Shown: positions 50,904 through 57,100 of the stretch, one piece after another
Layout of the letters: each line of letters starts with the position of its first letter
Numbering within the stretch: the stretch's first letter is position 1
Assembly (NCBI GenBank): GCA_944358265.1
Contig: CALVQR010000003.1
Location: forward strand, 1-57,100
DNA from: an uncultured Bacilli bacterium
Lineage (GTDB): Bacteria; Bacillota_I; Bacilli_A; RF39; UBA660
Reading direction: 5' to 3'
Length of the DNA stretch: 57,100 nucleotides
Notes under the pieces: model-generated
The model's database searches: none
What the model saw: the letters and a program-made list of their open reading frames with translations, nothing else
Told to the model about the DNA's origin: nothing
Position numbers and translations under genes: made by a program

Positions 50904-53233
50904 TTATCCTCACCAGGCTTAGTAGTCATCAATTTATACAGTTCTAAATCGTGTGGAAAATGATTTTCAAACGGAACAAGATTACGTCCAACCTTTAATA
51001 GCCCTTCACCTGCACCAACATTAGTTATATAACTAAGTTGTAATTCTGATATATTTAATAATTTTGCCAATTCGATTCTATCCGTTGAAGCCTGATTTAA
51101 CATAACAATAAATTCTGAATTTGCTAACATTGTCTTAGCAGTATGAGACTGTAATAAATCTTCTACATTTTGAGTTATACCAGTTGCATAAGCTCCATAT
51201 TTTCTTACTCTTTTCCATAAGGTAAATAGGAAATTTGCAGAATATTCATGTTGAAACAATAGATAAATTTCATCGATAAAAATGTATGTATTTCTTCCTC
51301 TTGTCCTATTAGCAGTAATTCTATTCAATATGCTATCCAATATAATTAACATTCCAATTGGCATAAGCTGTTTACCTAAGTCTAATATGTCATAACATAT
51401 AATTCTATTATTTGTATCAACATTGGTATTTTGTGCAAATGTATTTTGTGAACCAGTAGATATATATTCAATAGCTAACGCAATTTGACGTGCTTCTTCC
51501 TCGGGTTGTTTTTGGAGTTCTTCTCTAAAATCTTGTAATGTGGGTGCTAGACCTTGATAATTACCTTGCTGATATGATCTATAAACTTTTGCAGTACATC
51601 TATCAATAATTGATTTTTCTTTTGGGCCTAATTTTTGATTACCCATTAAATGTTCACAAAGTGATAATATAAATTCAGATTTTAATATTATTGGATTCGC
51701 TCCATCACCATAATCAGCATTAATATCCATAGCATTAATATGATTATTACTTGTCGCAGATATATGAATATCTTCTCCGCCTAACGACTCAACTAATTTT
51801 GGATATTCACGTTCTGGATCAATTATAATAATGTCTGCATTAGGATCACGAAGGGCAATTGATACAATTTCGTTTTTTGCAGTAAAAGATTTTCCACTTC
51901 CTGATACCCCTAAAATAAATGAATTACCATTTAGCAATTGTCTTCTATCCGCAATTATCATATTTTTTGATATAACATTTAATCCGTAATATATACCATT
52001 TTCATGATTAATTTCTTGTACTCTAAACGGTGTAAAAACAGCTAAAGATTCCGTAGTTAAAGTTCTTAATGTATTAATTTTTCTAACACCATATGGTAAA
52101 GCGGTATTTAATCCATCTAATTGTTGATATTTTAAGATAGCCAACTGACATAAATGCTTTCTAGCTGTTGAAAGTAATGATTCCGTGTCTTGATTTAGTT
52201 TTTCTATTGTCTCTGCAGTATGTACCATAGTTATTACACACACAAACATTCTTTGATCTCTGGTCGTTAAGTCATCAAGAAATTCTTTAGATTCTTTTCT
52301 TTGCTGTTCTAAATCATATGGTACAACAGCGCTAAAGTTATTATTGTTATTTTGTCTCCTTTGCCAATTAGTGATATTAGTTTCTACTCCCAATCTTCTT
52401 TTTTCAACTTCTCTAATTGCTTCGTCCATAGGAATTGGAATTACATCAATAGATAAAAGCATGCTTCTGTCCATATCAGTAAGTTCTGCAACCATATCAT
52501 CTTTTATATAATTAGCATAATCCTTTAAATATAAAACTCTTCCGAATCTATTACCATATTCAAAATAATCTTTTTCAAAAGATAATGAATCAGAGCAAAT
52601 ATAATCTTTAAATGAATGACCTTTTTTCATGTTATCTAATATGTCGAAATTAAATATTGATTCCTCACCAGTTCTATAAAAATCATGTATAATTCTTAAT
52701 CTTTCATTACTGTTTAATTCTTCTACTTTAGATCCTAACTCTCTAAATTTATTATTTAATTCAACAGAGACTCTCGTAAAATACTGTTTTGCTTCTTCTA
52801 AACTATTTTTGTTAGTAGATATTGTTAAAAATTTTTCTTGAATCATTGAGCTAGAGTTTGTTGCTTGTTCTATTAACATTTTATTGTACTCTTCTCTATA
52901 TTTGTCTAATCCATCATTTGCCATTGAAAGTAAGATGTTTTTTTCGAAATCAATCCTATTTAACCTTCTATTTAAAATCGTAATTTTAGATGTAGAACTA
53001 GAATCAAATGAATTAAGTAATTCAGAGTAATTTAAAAACATTGCTTCTTTATCATTTCTAGAAGCAACAGCATAATTTATATCAGTAAATTTGTATGTTT
53101 TACTATATTTATTTTTTCCCATTAAAAAAATCCCATCTTTCCATATTCTAGTTATTGGGATTGTATCTTGAATGCTCTTTGGAATATAAAATTCTGCTTT
53201 ATCTTTTTTAAACAGGCTTCTTATTGTTTTCAT
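50900..53233 (-). CDS. VirB4-like conjugal transfer ATPase (TrsE type)
   Basis: GVSGSGKS, IIDPEREY, IFIDEIY, RVRKYG..TGITQNVED; start at ATG 53233 after AAAGGAG. Confidence 0.93.
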   Translation of the reverse strand: MKTIRSLFKKDKAEFYIPKSIQDTIPITRIWKDGIFLMGKNKYSKTYKFTDINYAVASRNDKEAMFLNYSELLNSFDSSSTSKITILNRRLNRIDFEKNILLSMANDGLDKYREEYNKMLIEQATNSSSMIQEKFLTISTNKNSLEEAKQYFTRVSVELNNKFRELGSKVEELNSNERLRIIHDFYRTGEESIFNFDILDNMKKGHSFKDYICSDSLSFEKDYFEYGNRFGRVLYLKDYANYIKDDMVAELTDMDRSMLLSIDVIPIPMDEAIREVEKRRLGVETNITNWQRRQNNNNNFSAVVPYDLEQQRKESKEFLDDLTTRDQRMFVCVITMVHTAETIEKLNQDTESLLSTARKHLCQLAILKYQQLDGLNTALPYGVRKINTLRTLTTESLAVFTPFRVQEINHENGIYYGLNVISKNMIIADRRQLLNGNSFILGVSGSGKSFTAKNEIVSIALRDPNADIIIIDPEREYPKLVESLGGEDIHISATSNNHINAMDINADYGDGANPIILKSEFILSLCEHLMGNQKLGPKEKSIIDRCTAKVYRSYQQGNYQGLAPTLQDFREELQKQPEEEARQIALAIEYISTGSQNTFAQNTNVDTNNRIICYDILDLGKQLMPIGMLIILDSILNRITANRTRGRNTYIFIDEIYLLFQHEYSANFLFTLWKRVRKYGAYATGITQNVEDLLQSHTAKTMLANSEFIVMLNQASTDRIELAKLLNISELQLSYITNVGAGEGLLKVGRNLVPFENHFPHDLELYKLMTTKPGEDK

Positions 53234-53585
53234 CTTGTTCTCCTTTCTTATTTTCTTTTGACTTGTTGTACAAAAGTTCATAGTAATAATTTTTAGCATC
53301 AAATTTTAAATGTTTAGGTATCAAAAATTCCGATTTAAACCATGCAAAAATAAATTGTTCTGCAGTCATTCCATTGTATTTTAAAAAACCAACAGCAGCA
53401 AAAGGAATAACACCTAAAATACAAATCCATGACAATGTTTCAATACCAAAATAAGGTTTTAACAAAAAATATAATATTACTGCAGCAATACAACCTAAAA
53501 TACTAAAAATAAATTGTCTTAAATTTAATCCAAAATATATGCTTTCAGTATAATCTCTAATCTCTTTATTAATCTTTACTTCCAT
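53208..53585 (-). CDS. PrgI family (VirB3-like) protein
   Basis: MEVKINKEIRDYTESIYFGLNLRQ, two TM segments, YNGMTAEQF. Confidence 0.9.
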   Translation of the reverse strand: MEVKINKEIRDYTESIYFGLNLRQFIFSILGCIAAVILYFLLKPYFGIETLSWICILGVIPFAAVGFLKYNGMTAEQFIFAWFKSEFLIPKHLKFDAKNYYYELLYNKSKENKKGEQDENNKKPV

Positions 53586-53611
53586 TCTTTTCACCTCCAA
53601 AAAAAAGGAAA

Positions 53612-54067
53612 CTAAGTTGTTTCCTCATAGTTATATTCCATCATAATTTCAATAAATTCGGAATCTTCTTTCATAAAATCACCACTTTTAATTACATGAT
53701 TTAATAATTCTTTGTGTAATTTATCTAGCAAATCAGAAATAGTAGATGGATAACACCCACGTTTATTTTCAAAATAACTTTCTACTAAATCATTTAGCAA
53801 ATAGCATTCCCAATTTATTTCCATTTCATTAGTTTTGCCACTTTCAGAATGTTCTATTTCAAAAACTTTGATTTCTAATATATCCATTTCTCCATGTAAA
53901 TCCTCTGCATTTATTTCATCTATAAGCACATTATAAAGACGTAATAAAGCTTTTTTGACTCTTGGTGAATAATCGTTTTTGTCAATTAAATAATATAGTA
54001 AAATATCATATAACTCATGATTAGATTCATTAATAGTATTACGTACTAGCATTTTTACTCCTTTCAA
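53612..54067 (-). CDS. Hypothetical protein
   Basis: Open frame with AAAGGAG SD (likely ATG 54052). Confidence 0.65.
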   Translation of the reverse strand: MKGVKMLVRNTINESNHELYDILLYYLIDKNDYSPRVKKALLRLYNVLIDEINAEDLHGEMDILEIKVFEIEHSESGKTNEMEINWECYLLNDLVESYFENKRGCYPSTISDLLDKLHKELLNHVIKSGDFMKEDSEFIEIMMEYNYEETT

Positions 54068-54109
54068 TTATATGATAATACATATTACATAAATATAAAA
54101 ATCTGCAAA

Positions 54110-54613
54110 TTACCTTTCCCACTCTTTTTTGTTATTTGTAAGTCCTTCATTTCTGTTAGAATTCTTTACAGCTTGACTTTGAATATTTGAATTTTCTTTA
54201 CACTCATCATAAAAATCAATAATACATTGATCCAAAAGATGATTATCTTTTTTTAGTTATTGTTTTCGTTCGTTTAAAAATTCGTTTGTATATTCCAAAG
54301 CAATTTGTTCATTAATTCTTAAATCCTTAGGATTTATTCCTAAATCAATACATAGCAAAGCTTGCTGAAAATACTTTTCATCTTCTTTTTTTAAACTATT
54401 TAACTGATTATACATAATCACAAGAAACTGTCTTGAAGTAATATCAGACATATACTTTTCAGTTACTTGGTCTAGTATTTTTTCATAATGAGAAGGTGGC
54501 ACTTTAGTTGGTTTATCAGTTTCTGGATTTATATACTTATAAGTCATATCACTTATACTTTTGCTCATATCTTTTAGTTTAAGTTGAGTAAAATCATCAT
54601 ATTGTTTTCTCAT
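54110..54613 (-). pseudogene. Probable 167-codon gene interrupted by one in-frame TAA (54257-54259)
   Basis: Frame continues for 48 codons past the TAA: LKKDNHLLDQCIIDFYDEC..NKKEWER*. Confidence 0.55.
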
Positions 54614-55077
54614 TAACGTTCCTCCTTTCTTTCCTTATTAAATAAATTCAATATATTTGGTACATTACTAGATGTTTCTTTATCTATTTTTGATTTTGTT
54701 ATATTATTTTTTTGACAATAATTTATGTATTTTCTTAATCCTGCTTTACATTCAAAATCATGCGGATATAATTCATTTATTGAATTCCAAATCCCATTAT
54801 GAGTGTTCATGCTTATATATTTTATATTAAGTCCACTTTCTAACTGATTAAAAAGATAATAATCAAAATTATAATCAAAGTCAGGAACATGACAATATCC
54901 ATTAGGATAATTTTTAGTATATGGAGTAAATTCAATTGCATCATCATGATCAGCACACAACACATATAATTCTTGTGTTTTAGGATTTAAAAGAACATAT
55001 TCAATATTTTTTTGCCTGTGTTCAATAGAATTTTTCAAAAAAAAATCTATTTGTTTTATTTTTTTATCTATACTCAC
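54613..55077 (-). CDS. Hypothetical ICE protein
   Basis: Start reassigned to GTG 55077, just after the ArdC stop with AAGGA SD; ends KERKEER. Confidence 0.65.
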   Translation of the reverse strand: MSIDKKIKQIDFFLKNSIEHRQKNIEYVLLNPKTQELYVLCADHDDAIEFTPYTKNYPNGYCHVPDFDYNFDYYLFNQLESGLNIKYISMNTHNGIWNSINELYPHDFECKAGLRKYINYCQKNNITKSKIDKETSSNVPNILNLFNKERKEER

Positions 55078-55078
55078 T

Positions 55079-55978
55079 TTATCTTTCCTTTCCTTTATCT
55101 TTAATTTTTTCATCAATATAGTTACAAATTTTATTTGCTTCATTGACCGCTTTAAATAATTCATTTGGTTTATCCTCTAATAGTTTTATCCAACTTTGGA
55201 TATAACTCTTATGATTGTTATAATCATCTTCATTAACTTTGACGTTTAATTTTTGCATCAAAAAAGAAGAACTAATTTCTGCAATAAGTTCTTCTCTAGC
55301 ATAATTTTTTTTATTTTGATTATTTAAATTCCTATTAAGTCTACTAGAATGTCCTGTAGCATGACTCAACTCATGAAGCTGAGTAGCATAATAAGAATAT
55401 TTATCAAAAAATTTTGATGAAGATGGTAACACAATAGTATCCTTTGATGGAATATAATATGCTTTATTACCTTCTTCTATATATTTGATATGCAACTTGG
55501 AAATTAATCTTTTGAAATATATGTTAGGAGGTATAGTATTATTGTTATTTTTTTCATTTGGTTTTATTCCCTCTATTAAACTCGCATTAAATACATACGT
55601 TGTATTACAGAAAATTTTAAAATCTTTTTGCCTTTCTGGAGTCTTTTCGATTATTTTTTCATAAGTTGAGAAATCTAAACGTATTTTGTTTTTAATATCA
55701 TAAACACTCCAAAATTCTATTGGAACACCCTTTCCTTTAGCATTGTCTAGTTTATATTTATTTTCTTTTATTTGTTTATATGTAAGCCAACGATTATCTG
55801 TATATTTTTCTTTATATGCTACATAAGATAAAATTAATTGGTTAACACCTCTATATTCAGTATTGGTAACACCATTCTTATTTAAATCACTATACCATCT
55901 TTCACGCCAAGGTATTTTATTGTCTTTTAATGCATCTAAATACATCTCGACCAGTTGTTCTCTTGTTTTACTTTGCAT
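55079..55978 (-). CDS. ardC: ArdC-like ssDNA-binding / zincin antirestriction protein
   Basis: IPWR..W, YRGVNQL, RWLTYKQ, AYY.PS.D.I, HELSHATGH..RLNR, YAREELIAE. Confidence 0.88.
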   Translation of the reverse strand: MQSKTREQLVEMYLDALKDNKIPWRERWYSDLNKNGVTNTEYRGVNQLILSYVAYKEKYTDNRWLTYKQIKENKYKLDNAKGKGVPIEFWSVYDIKNKIRLDFSTYEKIIEKTPERQKDFKIFCNTTYVFNASLIEGIKPNEKNNNNTIPPNIYFKRLISKLHIKYIEEGNKAYYIPSKDTIVLPSSSKFFDKYSYYATQLHELSHATGHSSRLNRNLNNQNKKNYAREELIAEISSSFLMQKLNVKVNEDDYNNHKSYIQSWIKLLEDKPNELFKAVNEANKICNYIDEKIKDKGKER

Positions 55979-56014
55979 TTCTCACCTCCAACAAAAAAAG
56001 ATTATCAATGATAA

Positions 56015-56944
56015 TCAATTCAAGTTGTTTTCAAACTTTATTGCCAAATCTATTAAATAATCTTTTCTTTGCAATTTATTTAACCAATTTTCAGGAATAT
56101 TATCAATACCATAAATAATACCAGCCATAGAACCAGCAATAGCTCCAATAGTGTCTGTGTCATTTCCAATATTTGTAGTAGCAATAATTGTCTCTTTAAA
56201 ACTACTAGCATTCAACAATATCCACAATGCACATTCCAAAGTATCAACCACATACCCAGTTGACTTTATTTCAGCAACATTTAATTCTTTGATATTCTCC
56301 TTTAAAATTTTTTTATATTGTTCAATCGCATGCTCAGAATATAATGAATAATCAGTTCTTTTTATCCTGTTATATGCTTCTTCTTTAGTATTTCCTTCTA
56401 AAAGAAAGCAAACATATTTGACATAAATATAACAACCCAATTTACTAATATCATTAGTATGAGTTAATGAAGATAATTCATTTGTTAATTTTATTATTTC
56501 ATATTTTGAGATACCTTTAACATGAGCAAACAAAGCTACAGGTAAAATTCTCATAAGAGATCCATTACCATTGGAATATTCTCCATCTTCACCACATTTT
56601 AACGGGATTACTCCAGTAGAATATTTTCTAATAGCTGATAAACATGTTCTTCCAACATCAAATGTTTCTCCTGTTGCTGTATATTTTCCTTCATTTATCC
56701 ATTCTACCCATTTTTGCATGATATTATCATAATCAAATCTTCCACATTCGTTATATGATTCTATAGTGCATACTTCCATAGAAGTATCATCAGACCAGGT
56801 TCCAGCTGGCTGGCCAACTTTAGAAGAACTAACCATTTCAACTATAGGTCTTTTTAATAAATGTTCTCTTATACAAAACTCAGTTGGCACACCCATTGCA
56901 TCTCCAACAGCATGGCCAATAATAGCATCAACAATCTTTGACAT
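56015..56944 (-). CDS. ADP-ribosylglycohydrolase (DraG/ARH family)
   Basis: GHAVGDAMG, WSDDT, GNGSLMR, GNDTDTIGAIAG. Confidence 0.93.
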   Translation of the reverse strand: MSKIVDAIIGHAVGDAMGVPTEFCIREHLLKRPIVEMVSSSKVGQPAGTWSDDTSMEVCTIESYNECGRFDYDNIMQKWVEWINEGKYTATGETFDVGRTCLSAIRKYSTGVIPLKCGEDGEYSNGNGSLMRILPVALFAHVKGISKYEIIKLTNELSSLTHTNDISKLGCYIYVKYVCFLLEGNTKEEAYNRIKRTDYSLYSEHAIEQYKKILKENIKELNVAEIKSTGYVVDTLECALWILLNASSFKETIIATTNIGNDTDTIGAIAGSMAGIIYGIDNIPENWLNKLQRKDYLIDLAIKFENNLN

Positions 56945-57100
56945 ATAATCACCCAACAATCTCTATATAGTTAATTATATCATAATCACTTCGTAATCAC
57001 TAAAAAAAGCAGATATTACTCTGCTCTATAAATTGTAATTTAGCGAATAGTAACTTAATTTTCTTTTTTATTAAACATATGGCGTACTTTATCTATTCGA

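Larger units (their letters stand above)
27226..57100. mobile_element. Integrative (probably conjugative) element with a large serine recombinase; continues past the window end
   Basis: Terminal LSR, ArpU/XRE regulators, defence cargo, Y-pol/YolD, VirB4, PrgI, ArdC; interrupts a host gene. Confidence 0.88.

Noticed and set aside
29271-55092. Identical 18-mer CACTTTATCTTTCCTTTC at 29271-29288 and 55075-55092 as att or direct repeats
   Set aside because: Purine-rich SD+GTG context on the minus strand, internal to the element and not at its boundary; probably convergence.
1-57100. Mollicute-type TGA=Trp recoding or general stop read-through
   Set aside because: TGA ends intact genes with tightly following neighbours (e.g. 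38550, 42055), long ORFs are open under code 11, and tRNA-Trp has a CCA anticodon.

Overview
Very AT-rich chromosomal window from a spore-forming, Bacilli-like Firmicute; an RF39-like gut lineage is an inference from composition and gene set. Standard genetic code. Bases 1-27.2 kb are host backbone: PBP1A, spoIVA, spoVIF-like, der, engB, nrnA, ackA, an alpha/beta SASP, yutD, yunB, ferredoxin, a thioredoxin/CcdA-like pair, a LysM pseudo-amidase, FkbM, patatin, AI-2E, PAP2, tRNAs Glu/Gln/Trp and a cwlJ-like gene. From ~27,225 to beyond the window end lies an integrative, probably conjugative element. It is inserted inside the catalytic domain of an amidase_3-LysM gene. It carries a large serine recombinase with a sigA-like promoter, preceded by a 31-aa ORF with a sigE-like promoter, a layout reminiscent of sporulation-excised gene-intervening elements. 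Its cargo includes an eight-gene operon joining an SspABCD-type phosphorothioation module to a PbeABCD-like PLD-helicase/SMC effector. It also carries a Y-family polymerase/YolD pair, VirB4/PrgI/C39-peptidase conjugation genes, ArdC and an ADP-ribosylglycohydrolase. All assignments come from motif recognition by eye; no database searches were run.
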